Of a stretch of DNA of 64,000 bases, positions 26,090-39,972 are shown one piece after another. The notes beneath the pieces are model-generated. The model was not told where the DNA came from and searched no databases. It worked only from the letters and a program-made list of their open reading frames with translations. Each line of letters starts with the position of its first letter. Within the stretch, counting starts at the first letter, position 1. This DNA comes from Octopus vulgaris. Taxonomy: Eukaryota. The translations under genes and the position numbers were made by a program. The stretch spans positions 16,430,001 to 16,494,000 of the forward strand of contig OX597837.1 of NCBI GenBank assembly GCA_951406725.2. The letters run 5' to 3'.

Positions 26090-29065
26090 ATCAAACAAAC
26101 AAACACGGAAACCTTCTTTTCAGGAAACTGAATAACATCTCTCATCCTCCTGTCTCCTCCCACATTCTTTTCCCAGTTTTTAGAGTTAGCACTGTCAATG
26201 TAGGCACAATAAAAGGTAATTCTAGTGAGATTGTAGAGATGCTTGAATGGAGACGTGTTGATGTATGCTGTGTACAAGAGATAAGGTGGAGAGGAGCTTC
26301 AGCCAGGGTCCTCACAGGCAAGACACATAGGTATAAAATCTTCTGGGACAGTGATGGAGTAGGGGGTGTAGGTATTCTCCTTGCAGAGAAATGGTTGGAT
26401 ATGGTCATAGGGGTAGTCAGGGTATGCAATATAGTGTTTAAGCTCAGGCTAGTCTTGCAGAATAGTATAGCTACAATTATCTCTGCCTACGCCCCACAAG
26501 CGGGTTTAAAAACTGATCAGAAGGGCCCCTTTTATGATATCCTTCTATAGGCTACCTCAAAGATGTGTGGCAATAACCTCATCTTTGTGGCTGGAGATTT
26601 TAATGGGCATGTTGGATGGCAATCTGGTATCTTCCATGGTGTTCATGGGGTCCCTGGAATTGGTTCCCGAAATGAAGAGGGAACTAGGTTACAAGTGTTA
26701 TGTGATGCAAGCAACCTATTAATCTGTAACACTAACTTCAGGAAGCCAGACAGCCAACCACATAATAACCCATCAATCAGGCAACTCTGCTAGCCAGACT
26801 GATTTCATCCTCACCAGACAGTGGGATGCCTGGTTGCTCTTAAACACAAAGACCCTCCCTGGTGAAGAATGTATCCCCTAACATAGATCAGTTGTTAGTG
26901 ACTTTAGATTTGAGGCCAGCAGGATGCCAAGAAGTAGACCAATCCAGAAAAGTATTTGGAAGGTAAAGAACCCTTCATACGGTCAGAGATTTAGGGATAT
27001 CCTCACTAAGAAATGTAATTAGAGGGTGGAGGAACTATAAACTTGTGACTGGAAATACCTATGTGACAGCCTCCTGAGCGCCACAGATCAAATCTGCAGC
27101 TGGTGCAAAGTCCCTTCCAGCCCAAGAGTAATATAGTGATGGAATAATATGGTAGGCAAGGCCATTAGTGCAAAGAGACAGGCCTGGAAGAGTGGGGGTA
27201 GCATGGAACTGTACCAAATAGCCAGAAGGGAGGCTGGGAACAGGTATATATAGCCAAGAGAGAAGCAGAGAAGAAGTTTGCCAATGTTCAGCAATGTGAG
27301 AACCAAAGAAGTGAAGCATTTTGGATTGCAAGACAGTATGTACAATGTTACAGGAGAGAAATCTGTCTGCATGGATGATGGTGCACTTGCTTTTAATGAT
27401 TCTGCAAAGAAAGAGGCTTGGAGATGCCATTATGAAAGACTGCTGAACATGGAGAATGAATGGGAGGAGGAGAGCCTGCCAAATGTTGACCCAGTAGAGG
27501 GACCAGCTATCCAAATACACAGCACCATGGTAGATAAAGCAATTAAGGGTATGAAGTCAGGAAAAGCCCCCGCCCATCAGGAATCACTGCTGAGATGCTT
27601 AAAATATCTGGTGGAGTGGGCTATGGCCTAGTCACCTGTATTGTAAACCAGGTAGTTCATGATGGAGTCATACCCAATGACTGGTGTAGCAGCACCATAG
27701 CCAACTGCTACAAAGGTAAAGGTGATGCTCAAGATAGAAATAACTACAGGGGTATTAAACTGATGGATCAGGTGACGAAGGTCATGGAGAGGGTCATAGC
27801 CCAACTAATTAGGGAGAGAGTCTGCTTAGATGAGATACAGTTTGGTTTTGTGCCAGGTAGAAGCACAACTGATGCTATATTTCTGGTAAGGCAACTGCAG
27901 GAGAAATACCTAGCCAAAGATAAACCCCTATACTTGGCTTTTGTGGACTTGGAGAAAGCCTTTGAAAGGGTCCCCCAATCCCTTATCTGGTGGGCGATGT
28001 GGAAACTAGGGATAGACGAGTGGTTAATAACAGCTGTACAGGGATGCTGTCAGTAAGGTAAGGGTCAGCAAAGAGTATAGTGAAAAAGTAGGGGTTCACC
28101 AAGGATCAGTCCTCAGCCCCCTCTTATTCATCATAGTTCTCCAGGCAATAACAGAGGAATTCAAGACAGGATGCCCCCGGGAGCTCCTCTATGCTGATGA
28201 CCTTGCTCTCATATTTGAATCACAACCAGAACTAAAGAAATTTTAGGCGTGAAAGCAAGGTTTAGAATCGAAGGGCCTTAGAGTCAATGATGCAAAAACC
28301 AAAGTCCTAGTGTTTAGGAAGATGAACAAATCAAACCCCTTCAAGTAGATAGCCCTGCTCGATCTGTAGAAAAGGTGTAGGTAGAAACTCCATAAGATGT
28401 ACCCAGTGTAAGCTATGGATGCATAAGAGGTGCAGCAACATTAAAAGATAAACACAGAAGATGCTCAGAGAACAGATTCCATCACATGCCAGGGGAAGAA
28501 ACTAGAAATAGTTGATAGCTTCTACTACCTAGGTGACCAAGTTAGCAGGGGACAGATGCTCGGAGATAGTTGCCACTAGAATAAGAATAGCCTGGACAAA
28601 ATTCAGAAAGCTCCTACCTCTGCTGGTGACAAAGGGCCTCTCGTTCAGAGTGGAAGGTAGTCTGTATGATGCATGTGTATATACTGCCATGCTACACAGC
28701 AGTGAAATATGGCCATGACTGTTGAGGACATGCATAGGCTTGAAAGAAATGAAGCTAGTATAATCTGTTGGATGTGTAATGTCAGTGTGCACACACGACA
28801 GAGTGCAAGCATCCTGAGAGAAAGGTTGGACATAAGAAGCATCAGATGTGGTGTGCAAGAGAAACAACTGCACTGGTATGATCATATGCTGCGTATGAAT
28901 GGGGAGTGTTGTGTGAAGAAGTGTCACTCCCTAACAGTGGAAGGAACCTGTGAAAGAGGTAGACCCAGGAAGGCATGGGATGAGGTGGTGAAGCATGACC
29001 TTCGAACGTTGGGCCTCACAGAGGCAATGACAAGAGACAGACCTCTTGAGATATACTGTAATTAA
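26090..29065 (+). mobile_element. Near-full-length decayed RTE-like LINE (APE endonuclease + RT), antisense in a Siah intron
   Basis: APE motifs VDVCCVQEIRW, ISAYAPQ and AGDFNGHVG; RT motifs QFGFVPGRSTTDAIF, FVDLEKAFERV, VGVHQGSVLSPLLF and LLYADDL; C-terminal RGRPRKAW; many stops and frameshifts. Confidence 0.95.
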
Positions 29066-29190
29066 GAAAACAAGGGTGTAAATGGTTTAAAAAGGAGCTA
29101 AAAATTTTAAAAAGATGTTACAAGTATTGAAGCTATTTAGAAATACAAAATATATTTTTCTTTTTTAAGAAGAAACAAAAAGCATCTTAC

Positions 29191-29297
29191 CTTGCAGTGT
29201 AGTTATGCTTTTGTGAGATTGAACCAAGTGTGACATAACTTGCTCTAGAGAACCTTGCCACTTACAGGATGCACCAGGGCAGGGACAACAGTAGGGC
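29191..29297 (-). CDS. Siah1: Siah exon: [36 protein letters not shown] (second zinc finger)
   Basis: Translated by hand (absent from the ORF track); matches the [14 protein letters not shown]...HKSITTLQG motif; tttgacag| acceptor, |gtaag donor; 107 nt, phase 2-1. Confidence 0.96.
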
Positions 29298-30968
29298 CTG
29301 TCAAACAAAAGAGAAATTCACTTTGGTAAAGGAATTAGATATGGTCATTATCATCATCATTGTTTAATGTCTGCTGTCCATGGGTTGGACGATTTTGATT
29401 GAGGGCTGGCGAACCAGATGGCTACACAAGGCTCTAATCTTGATCTGGCAGAGTTTCTACAGCTGGATGCCTTTCCTAAGGCCAGCCACTCCGAGAGTGT
29501 CGAGGGTGCTTTTTAGGTGCCACCTGCACGTATTATCTTCATTATTACTTTTAGAGCACAAACCATTGTTTTAGGTCCAGCATAAGTAACTCTTCACTAC
29601 TACCACTGTGATAATGCAGCTTGTTGTTGTGAAATGAAAGGAAACGTTCTTCATACATAAATTATTCTATCATAAAATGAATTTCTTAAAGATGGCTGCA
29701 AGAAATTCATCATCATCATCATCATCATCATTTGATGTCCATTTTTCATGTTGGCATGGGTTGGCCAGTTTGACCGAGTTCTGGAGAGCCAGTGGCTGCA
29801 CCAGGTTCCAATCTGATCTGGCAATGTTTCTACAGCTGGATATCCTTCCTAATGCCAACTGCTCTGAGAGTGTAGTGGGTGCTTTTTAGGTGCCACTAGC
29901 ACAGGATCCAGTCAGCTGGCCCAGGCATCGATCACTTTCGGATATATTATAACTACTACAACACACCATTGCCTAACAATGGCTCTCATTATTGCTATTA
30001 AAGCTTTGAGATTCACTTGTTTTCCATATGCTGCCATCCCATTTCCAGCCACTTATTTTGCAATCATTGATGGGTTTCAACTGTCGTTTAACCCTCCAAC
30101 AGCAAAATTAAACATCATCGTTATTCCACAAATGATACAAAATATCTACCAAAAAATAGAACTGGTACTTTCTGCAAGTCATGTTGGCTCAATAAACTGG
30201 ACATATCACAACAAAAATTAGTTTCAAACACAACATTCTTCATCAAAAGATAGATTGGCAGATAAAAACTGCTTTCTGCAGTTAAGGGCAGCAAAATTTT
30301 GAGAAGATATATCTAATTTCCACAGTAAAAGGGTTAATCCTGATCAAGTAAACCCATGTTTGAAGACATTCTATCTGTGAGCATCCAATCTCTTTTTTCT
30401 TGGACAAGACTGACCAATACCTTGTGAGTGAAATTTGTCAGATGGAAACTTGATGTCTATGAAAGATGTAATTAATGGTGATATATAATCAACGTTCTCA
30501 CAATTATAATTATCACAATATACTGCAGTATGTGTTTTGATTAATTTTCAAAATAATCAAACATTAAAGTAGAGTGAGCGGTCAGTAAAGTAACTGTAAC
30601 TTCTTGCAATTTGTTTCGGAAGGTTATAAGGTTGTCATATGAACAAAAAAATAAATAAATAAATAAAAAATAAACCCAAGATGGAACTTGTACCTATTAT
30701 TGTATTGCACTAGAATTTCATTGCAAAATCGAATGTTATATTTCATGCAATAACTAAATTATAACTGTGATTATATGTGATATAATATATATCACAGAAT
30801 AACTTGATTGATATAATGTTATTTTTGAGCCAATAACCATGTGTGATACTATGTGTGATAACTGATGTTATACCCAAATCAATATCTCATGCAGTAATAT
30901 CTGATACAATACCTAGACAGATATAATGTGTTATGTAATAAAGATTTCAACTGAATTTTATTGAAGTG

Positions 30969-33391
30969 TGTTGTGATGAGAGTTACAACACCCCCTTGCA
31001 AGAGATAGACTGGTCCAAGTAAAGTATAAATAGGGATAATCCAAGTGGGTTCGGGGTTCAGAGTCGAGTGAAGTTCATGACAGTTCACAAGGAGTATTGA
31101 ATGTTGGTTCCTAAAGAGATTTGTTAGTTTGTTACATTGTTTTTAGTGTTGTCTGCTTTTCTTATTTATTGTATGTGACAAATTACGAAACACCATCTGG
31201 CGACAAGCGCCTTGAAGCTCTCACGTAGGTTACTTAACAATTTATTCATGATACAACTAGTTAAATAATCCTTTCTACTATAGGCACAAGGCCTGAAATT
31301 TTGGAGGAGGAGGAGGCTAGTCGATTAGATCGACCCCAGTATGAAACTGGTACTTAATTTATCGAACCTGAAAGGATGAAAGGTAAAGTTGACCTTGTTG
31401 GGACAGATGAAATACTGCTAAGCATTTTGTCTGGCGTGCTAACAACTCTGCCAGCTCACCGCCTTACAACTTATTAAATAATTATTTTCTACTTTAGGCA
31501 CAAGGCTCAAAATTTTTGGGGAGGAGGGGGGGGTTAGAAAATTTGTACACGTAAAAATAAATGGAATATATATAAAGCTTCAAGTGGATACTGGAAGTGA
31601 TATTTCAATAATAAATGTGGACACATAGAAGAAAATAGGGAAACCTACATTGAGAAAAACAGCAAAATCTGCTCATAGCATGATGGGCAACAAATTACAT
31701 TTCATAGGCGAAATATGGACTAATGTCACATTTCGAGGGAAAACATGCAAGGCGAAAGTTTTCATCGTTAAAAATGCAACCTATCTGTTATAATTATTTG
31801 ATTTATGGGACCTCCCCATAAATCTCAATTGTAAAAACATAAATGATTGTCGCTCTAAAAATAATTTGTCTGAAGAGTTAAAAAGAACATTTTTTTAAAT
31901 GTTTCCGCAAGTACTCTTGGACAAACTGGGTCTATGTACATACTGTCTAATTGTTATGGATAGTTATACAAAGTGTGCAGAGGTATGCAGATGTAATAAA
32001 CCCACAGCAAAGACAACAATAAAGTTCCTACATGAGTTATTTGCTTGATACAGTGTTCTAGACATGTTGGCTTCAGATAATGGAACACAATTCATGGGAT
32101 ATGAATTAGGAAATTTCTGCAAAATAAATGCCATAAAGCACTTCTTTACCCTGCCCTACCACTCACGGTTAAATGGGCAGGAGGAAAGATTTGTTGATAC
32201 GTTCAAAAGAGCTCTAAGAAAAGCTAGGAAAGAGCTCAATAATGATGAAGCACTAACAAAATTTTTGAGAGTATATAGAATAACACCAAATCCAAAAATT
32301 TAATTCAGGAAAGTCGCTAGCAGTGCTAATGTTCACGCATAAAATAAAATCAATCTTTGATAAATTATTGCCAGGAAAAATACATATAAAGATAAAAAAA
32401 TACATTTGAAGGAAATACAAGAAATATTACAAAACATTCCGAAGTAGGAGACAAAGTTCATTTAAAAATTGGTAAAGAAGGTTGGGAGGATGGCTGTGTA
32501 ATCAAAAGATGAGGTAACATGAAGTATTTGATTAAAGGACAATGTTCAGAACATAAGAGACACCTTAACCAGTTAAAGATGAGACATTCAGAAGAACAAA
32601 GGGTAATACCAATGGAAGTCTTCTATGATATGTTCGAAGTGCCAGCACTGAGAGATAACGAACCCCATAGAACTAGCAGCAGCAAATGAAAACAGACTGA
32701 ATATCATCATCATCGTCATTTAACATCTGTTTTCCACACTAGCATGGGTTGGACGGTTCAACCGGGGTCTGGGAAGCCCGGAGGCTACACCAGGCTCCAG
32801 TCTAATTTGGCAGTGTTTCTACAGCTGGATGCCCTTCCTAACACCAACCACCCTGTGAGTGTAGTGGGTGTTTTTTATGTGCCACCGGCACAGGGGCCAG
32901 AGCAGGCTGGCAAACGGCCACGATCGATTGGTGAATATCTGGAAGTAATACCTAAACGGAAGAAATACTGAATTAAAAAAAAATGAGTACTAACAAAAGT
33001 GCTTAGCACAATGAAAAGAAAAAGTGCTGTGTGCAACAAACAATTAAGATTCAACAGTAAAGAACAAAAAAAAAAAAAAAAAAAGAGGTGCTGCAATGAA
33101 AAAACTAAAAGAAATTCCACTTTCTCATACTAGTTGAAATCTCAAAAGGAGAGGTATTGTGATGAGAGTTTTGACACTCCCTTGTGAGAGACAGACTGGT
33201 CCGAGTAAACCATGAATAGTTAAGATTCAGAGTTGAGTTGACATTTGTGTTAGTCCGCAGTGGAGTCGGAAGGTCAGTTCACAAGGGATATATTGACCAT
33301 TGGTTTGTAAAGAGATTTGTTAGTTCATTACATTGGTTTTACTGTTGCCTGGTTATCTTATTTATTGTACATAACAAAATATGTTACAACA
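30969..33391 (+). mobile_element. Old, internally deleted Gypsy LTR retrotransposon
   Basis: Diverged LTRs ~30969-31195 and ~33155-33391; PBS-like tggcgac at 31198; PPT aaaaggagagg; protease LQVDTGSDISII (~31580); integrase SDNGTQF...PYHSRLNGQEERFVDTFKRAL (32064-32303); SINE and LINE tail nested inside. Confidence 0.85.
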
Positions 33392-33599
33392 ACATATAAA
33401 CACATGAATATAGTTAGTTTCATGTAAGTTAATCAATGATGATGATAATGATGGTGCTCTCTATCACACTGGTATTTCAAACTTTAAATTAAAAAGGATT
33501 TGTTCTATTTGTTATTGAACAGCTCTGATCAACTATGAGTGACCAAATTCATTGCCATAAGAAATTAATGGTAAAAAACATTCTTCATACATCATTCTG

Positions 33600-34260
33600 T
33601 GATGCATCTGGACACATCATCAGTGATGTCTCTTGAGGGTCATAAGGTGCTCAGGGTCTTTCAACAACCAAACATCCTCCTCCTTATCCAGGTGACTCCA
33701 CTGGGGTTGATCAAATCTCAGCTTGTGTCCAGTGAGCACTTCCCCTTCAAGGACTTGCATCTCCTCTTGATCCGCAGCCACCTTGAAACAGCTTCTGCTA
33801 CCTCCACACTTAATGCCAAGCATACTGTAAAAGGCTCTGTAGAGAGAGAGAGACTGGCCAGCAGCACACTCTCTGCATCGCACCTCCTCAGTGGCATGCT
33901 TGCCAGCCCAGTGCTTCGGCATAATCCCTCTAGCTCAGCATATTTCTTCCTCTTGCTCTTGTTAGCCTCCTTGATGCAGATCTCCCAGAGGACAGAGAGA
34001 GTCCTAACAGAACCACCTTCTTGGATGCTTCTGAGATCAGCACCATATCTGGCCTTAGTGACATTGAAGTAACAACTTTAGCTGCTTCTCTGGGTTAACT
34101 TGTAACTGACAGTCTTTTGCTGATCCAGGGATGCTATAAGGGGCAGACCTAGCAATGGGCACCTTCTCACCAGCTGCGACAAAGGCAATGAACTTCTTTG
34201 CTGGGTAGAAGTACTTGCAAGGACTGATCTCACCTGGGAATGGTGTCAGAGTTAGTTACT
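33600..34260 (-). mobile_element. Decayed non-LTR (RTE-like) 3' RT fragment
   Basis: Reverse strand gives FKYF, LYSIP and an R.RR...GH...W.P..G..GR-type C-terminal signature with frameshifts. Confidence 0.6.
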
Positions 34261-34605
34261 ACAATAAGTGACTCATCTGAGATACAGCATGAGAGATTTG
34301 GAAACTTGTTAATTCAATAAAATTCCACTTTCAGTTCACAAAGTTGTTGGTTGTATGAAGAGTAATATCGATCCAGATTGAGACAAACACAATCACTCCA
34401 ACAATACGCAAGTTCAAATGTACACATGAATGTATGTGTGACTACATCCATATGTGCATGATGTAGGCATGCCTACTGTGTGCAGGCCAATTGTTTGTGT
34501 GCGTATATGTGTGCGTATATGTGTGCGTATGCAGGCCAATTGTTTGTGTGTACATGAGACAGATTTGATAGAAAATGTAAAATCCAAAAATAAGCGACCT
34601 CTTAC

Positions 34606-34738
34606 CTGCACTCACATGTTTCTTCATGTTCAGACTTCTCAGTGTGTAACAAAGTAACTAAACAGCCATTAGTAGAGTATTTACAAGGGAACAGCACGGT
34701 CATTGCTACCTTCTCCATTGCTAAGTTGCGAATATTTC
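34606..34738 (-). CDS. Siah1: Siah exon: NIRNLAMEKVAMTVLFPCKYSTNGCLVTLLHTEKSEHEETCECR (first SIAH zinc finger)
   Basis: Family motif IRNLAMEKVA..LFPCKY; ctgcag| acceptor, |gtaag donor; 133 nt, phase 1-2. Confidence 0.97.
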
Positions 34739-37700
34739 CTGCAGTAACAACAACAACAGTAACGATAATTTCTAACACAGATTCAAGGATACACATTTGT
34801 TTCTTTTTTCTTCATTTTTTTTTTGGGGGGGGGGGGGAGATGGTGATGGTGGAGGGTGGTCATAGTTGATTTCATCAGTTCCCATTCATGGACTGATATT
34901 TTCTTTATTTTATCCACCCTTGGAAAGATAGAAAAAGTCAAACTCACGCTAGATCTGAACTCAAACCTACAGAGACATAAACTAAATGCCACAAGGCATT
35001 TTGCCTGATGCTCTACCAATTCTGTCTCCAACAAAATCAATAACAACACTTTATAAGAATCACAGTTTCCAACGGAAGAGGAAGGAAATGTATATTAATA
35101 ACATTTAATGTTTAATACATTTATATATACACACAAGCATGGTCTCGGGTTCAGTCCCACTGCATGGCGCCATGGGCAAGTGTCTTCTACTATAGCTCCA
35201 AGTCTACCAAAGTCTTTTGAATGGATTCAGTAGATGGAAATTCAAAGAAGCTCACAGTTTATGTGTGTGTATGTTACTGTCGCTTTGCCTTGAGATCACA
35301 TGACAGTTGCGAGTGTCACCCTCTTGCCATTAGTATGCCTTGGTTCCAATTTCCCATGAAAACATCTCTGGTCATTGAGAATGACCTTACTTGGGGACAG
35401 GTGAGGGTTGGCAACAGGAAAGAAATCCAAAAGTAGAAAATCCACCGAGATATAAATTCTACAAGCATGGAAAAGTGAATGTCAAAACGATGATGATGAT
35501 GATTTATTTCATAATCAATCACTGATGATTAATTTGGAACACCAGATGAGACACTCAAACAAGCAATCAAGTAAACAAATAGAACAAGAGTGGCACCTAG
35601 TTATTTGGTGGTTGGATATGGTGGATGCTTGAACCATTTGTAGGGAAGAAGTGGTTTGCAACTACTATTCAACTAGAGAGGACTTCACCCTTTTGATACC
35701 AATCCACTTGAGACCATCTCTGGTGATATGGTATAAACTTTTTTTCTACTGAAGTTATCTAAATTAAGACCTTCCATCAAAATTTCAAATTACTTTATGC
35801 TCCAAACACAAGCTTAATTATGGCAAAGTTATTTATTACATTTTTCATTATTTTTGGAATTCACCAAAACAAAAGCAGTGTATTTCAACAGGAATATGGA
35901 AACAAAAGTGTTAAGAAGATAGAGTGAACAGAACAATTACTGTGTGGTCATTCTACAAACACAAAGCAGAAGAGAGAACAGGCAACAAACAGTCTAACTC
36001 AGAACTTTCCAAACTTTTCACATTTGCGACACACTTTTTTGAAAAGAATTAAATTTAAAAATTCATGATACATTAAGTAATTAACAATTAAATGTTGGCA
36101 ATTAAAACTATATCACAAGTCACCAGTCATGTGCTTAATTGTACAGAAGATTTTCAGACTTCACAGTCAAATATTCCTGGATCGGATATGACAATTTTGT
36201 GACACATGAAGAAATTATTGGCAGCACAGTAGTAAAGATTACCAGCACAGTTTGGAATCCCTGGTCCAACTCTGGTCTCCTGACTCTGCTTACTTCATTG
36301 GCAGGTCATACAGTTATAGGTGCTGTTTCATTATTTTAACATCCATTTTCCCAGGCTTGCAAGAGTCAGGTGTAGTTTAACGAGGCAAATTTTCTATAGC
36401 CTAATGCTCTTCCTAGCTATGGATTCTCACCCTCAAACCATATCATGTGATTATTTATATATATCAAAATCAAATTCGATGACAGCACCGCATGACTGAC
36501 ATCCGTGCTAGTGGAGCACTAAGAGCACCATCCAAGCATGATCATTGCCAGGGCCACTGACTAGCCCCCGGTGCTGGTGGCACGTAAAATGATCATTACC
36601 AGCGTCACCTTACTGGCACTTGTACCAGTGGTACATGAAAAACAACATTCAAGTGAGGGTGTTGCAAGTGCCACTGGACTGGCTCCTGTGCAGGTGACAC
36701 GTAAAAACACTATTTGAGCGTGGCCATTGCCAGTACTGCCTGACTGGACCTCATGCCAGTGGAACGTAAAAGCACCCACTACATCTCAGAGTGGTTGGCA
36801 TTAGGAAGGGCATCCAGCTGTAGAAACTCTGCCAGATCAGATTGGAGCTATCTGGCTCACCAGTCCCCAGTCAAACTGTCCAACCCATGCCAGCATGGAA
36901 AGCAGACTTTAAATGATGATGACGATGATTCCAAAGTATGTATTTAAATGCTTTCCAAAATAAACATACATTTTATTGAAATGACTCTGAGGAAGGTCTA
37001 GGATGGTGTACAAGCACTCAGCTTTGAGCACACTTCTTATAGCAAAAACAACTATAAGCTAATGAAGGTGATTAGGTAACTCTTTTTCTCTTGTCATTCA
37101 TTCATTAATATACAAGTATGTGTGTGTGTATTTCATTCTTTTAATGTGCATTTTTCCATGCTAGCGTGACCTGAAATCTTAAACGCATACGTGCACACAA
37201 ACACACATAAACAGTGGGCTTTCTGTCATCAAACCATACCTTTTTTTTCAAATAAGAGATTTCTTTATTGCTCAGGTCTTCAGAAGTACAATGTGACAGT
37301 GTTTCTGCTAGAAGATGCAAATGCCCTCACAGCTGAATGCTTGAGTATCAAACTACAGCTTATTACTACTTTGTACTAATGTTTACTTACACCCATACCA
37401 CTTTGAATGCGCTGGTTCTTGTCCAATCACTGAAGTTAAGCAACATCGAGCCTATTGAGTACATAGATGGGTGACCGCTTGAGAAACCTAGGTGTTGTAA
37501 GCTTGTCACACTTGTGAAGGTGCATGGCTCAGTGATTAGAGTGTAGTGAGTTTGATTCCCGGACCAGGCTGTGTGCTGTGTTCTTGAGCAAGACACTTTA
37601 TTTCATGTTGCTCCAGTTCACTCAGCTGTACCAGCGTTTGCCTTTCTCTTGGATGACATCAGTGGCCTGGAGAGGAGAGACTGATATGCATGGGCAACAG

Positions 37701-38537
37701 CTGGTCTGCCATAAACAACTTTGACCGGACTTGTGTCTTGGAGGGTAAATTTCTAGGTGCAATCCCATGGTCATTCACGACCAAAGGGAGTCTTTTTACC
37801 CTTTACTTGACTGACACTTCATTTTGACGCATATGTATATTGTGTTCTACTGCCAAGTTATTAGCATCATTATGCCTAACAGAAATATCTATAAATATAT
37901 AAAGGTTACCCTAAAGAAATGCTGTGGATCTGTATCCAAATGCACAATGAACACCCACCGTAGAAAACACAAATAATCACAATGGTGAAATATGCATAGG
38001 GGACTGATGGTATAAAATGCATGTTGTGTTTATCCGATTTGTTTCCTGTATTTATTCTTTATATCATAACCAGTAATACTAATAAGTATAGTCATTACCA
38101 CTAAAGTGAAAATAGACTGACTGGAACTTTATATATATATATATATATAGCGTGATATACAATGGTGGTTGTCACAGGGCGTGTACTACTGTGCTAAGCC
38201 TACTGCTCTGGCATCTGGATAAACATACAAACATTAGGCTGTTTTAATGCATTACATCAACGTAAGTGTATTATTGGGTTTCAAAACAAATTATGACCAG
38301 AATATATCATAACGGCAAGAACATAATTATTAGAAAGAAAATTTGCCATCTTTGGTGGTTGTGAAGTATTCAGTTTCTGTAAGTGAATTGTTGTGAATAA
38401 GGCAATGAGAAAGGTTAATACTGAGAGAGGAAATGGTAAAGCGAGTGAAAGTGTGAGAGACTGAGTGAGCATTTGAGAGAGAGAGAGAGAGAGAAAGGGA
38501 GAGCAGAAGGATGGAGGGGTGATGTAATGATACTCAC

Positions 38538-38696
38538 CTAATGGTCCTCTACATGTTGGGCACATTGACAATTTCTGCCTACACGAATGGCACACAATAT
38601 GTCCACTCTGGCACTGCATGATGGGAGGGAGTGCATAGTCAAAACAAACTGGACATTCAAACAGGGTGGCCAGGTCATTGTTGCTGGTTGTTGAAG
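38538..38696 (-). CDS. Siah1: Siah exon: RING finger (STTSNNDLATLFECPVCFDYALPPIMQCQSGHIVCHSCRQKLSMCPTCRGPLG)
   Basis: C3HC4 RING closely matching SIAH1/sina; ctttctcag| acceptor, |gtgagt donor; 159 nt, phase 1-1. Confidence 0.97.
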   Translation of the reverse strand, partial: LQQPATMTWPPCLNVQFVLTMHSLPSCSARVDILCAIRVGRNCQCAQHVEDH

Positions 38697-39491
38697 CTGA
38701 GAAAGAGAAAGAGGGAGAAAGTGAAGGTAACAGACGAAAACTTGAGTATATCATGGAATATTAGTTTTTATATCAACTTCAATCAGGTGCACATGTATAC
38801 ACACACATGCATATACAGTGGAATCTCAGTTTATGAATTTAATTTGCCCCTGAAGGGCATTTGTCACCTATTCGTGAATTCAAGAGAAAGCATGGCAAAT
38901 TTGAACAACTGACACTCTCCTCTTGCTGATATTCCCAGCTTGTCACCAACCATTATTACCATCTTGTGTGTTCATTACTTGAGACACTGTTCATCATCCA
39001 AGACATTCTAGGTTTAAAAAATTGTCCAGTGTATACAACAGGTAACTGCATGGCAGAGTGAGAAAGAAGTGATTTTGTTATCACGATTTCAGCTTCAGTC
39101 CCACAGCATACAGTGCATTTGGTCAGTGTCTTCTACTACAGCCTTCAGTTGACCAATACCTACTGAGTGGAACTCTCAAACAATTTGGAAGTGTGTATGT
39201 GTGTGTGTTTGCATGTTTGAATCTGTGTGTCTCGACATTGATACTGTTCTGATAAAAATTCCTTTTCTTAATTTTTACCATTTTTTACAAGGAAGTGTTT
39301 CAGTTTGAACCAGGAGGTGAGTGTGTGTGCGTTGTAGCATATTGGGTTGCAGTAAACTTGTATGTTGTAGCATCCAGCTATGTTACGTCTTGCTGCATGT
39401 CTTGTATGCATGTGTGTGTGTGTGTGCATGCATGTGTGTGTGTGTGTGTGTTATGTTAAGAAAACAGATCCAAGTAAGAAGAAAAACTTAC

Positions 39492-39566
39492 ATTTTAAAC
39501 CCCTGCAGTCCCTCTCAGATTTGTGAGTTTGGATGTTCATCATCAGTGTGGACTCTTGGACAGGAA
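39492..39566 (-). CDS. Siah1: Candidate 75-nt phase 1-1 cassette exon of Siah ((V)PVQESTLMMNIQTHKSERDCRGLK)
   Basis: tctcttttacag| acceptor and |gtaagt donor. Only one of three frames is open, and it is the frame that joins exon 1 to the RING exon. No recognisable homology. Confidence 0.5.
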
Positions 39567-39972
39567 CTGTAAAAGAGACACAGGAGACATTGTCACCTAG
39601 AAATGGATGGCTGAATTTGTGTGTTTGTGAGATAGAGATGCAGAAAGACTGTGAGGAACAATGAAGAATTAAAAATAAACATAAAACAAAGTAAAAGCAG
39701 AAAAAGGAGGAATGATAGATGTAGGCAAAAAAAGAACGAACAGGTCCTTGGCTGCCTCTGATACTTTTGTATCATCAGTTGGAGAGGAGAATGGCTGACT
39801 GAGGGCATGTCTGAGAGAGCCACTACAAACAGTACGCATGTATACATGTGTGTGTGTATATATATATGTATGTGTGTGTGTATGTATATATATATATATA
39901 TACACACACATACATATACATATTTATGTACATGTGTGTGTGTATGTATGCATATATATATATATATATATT

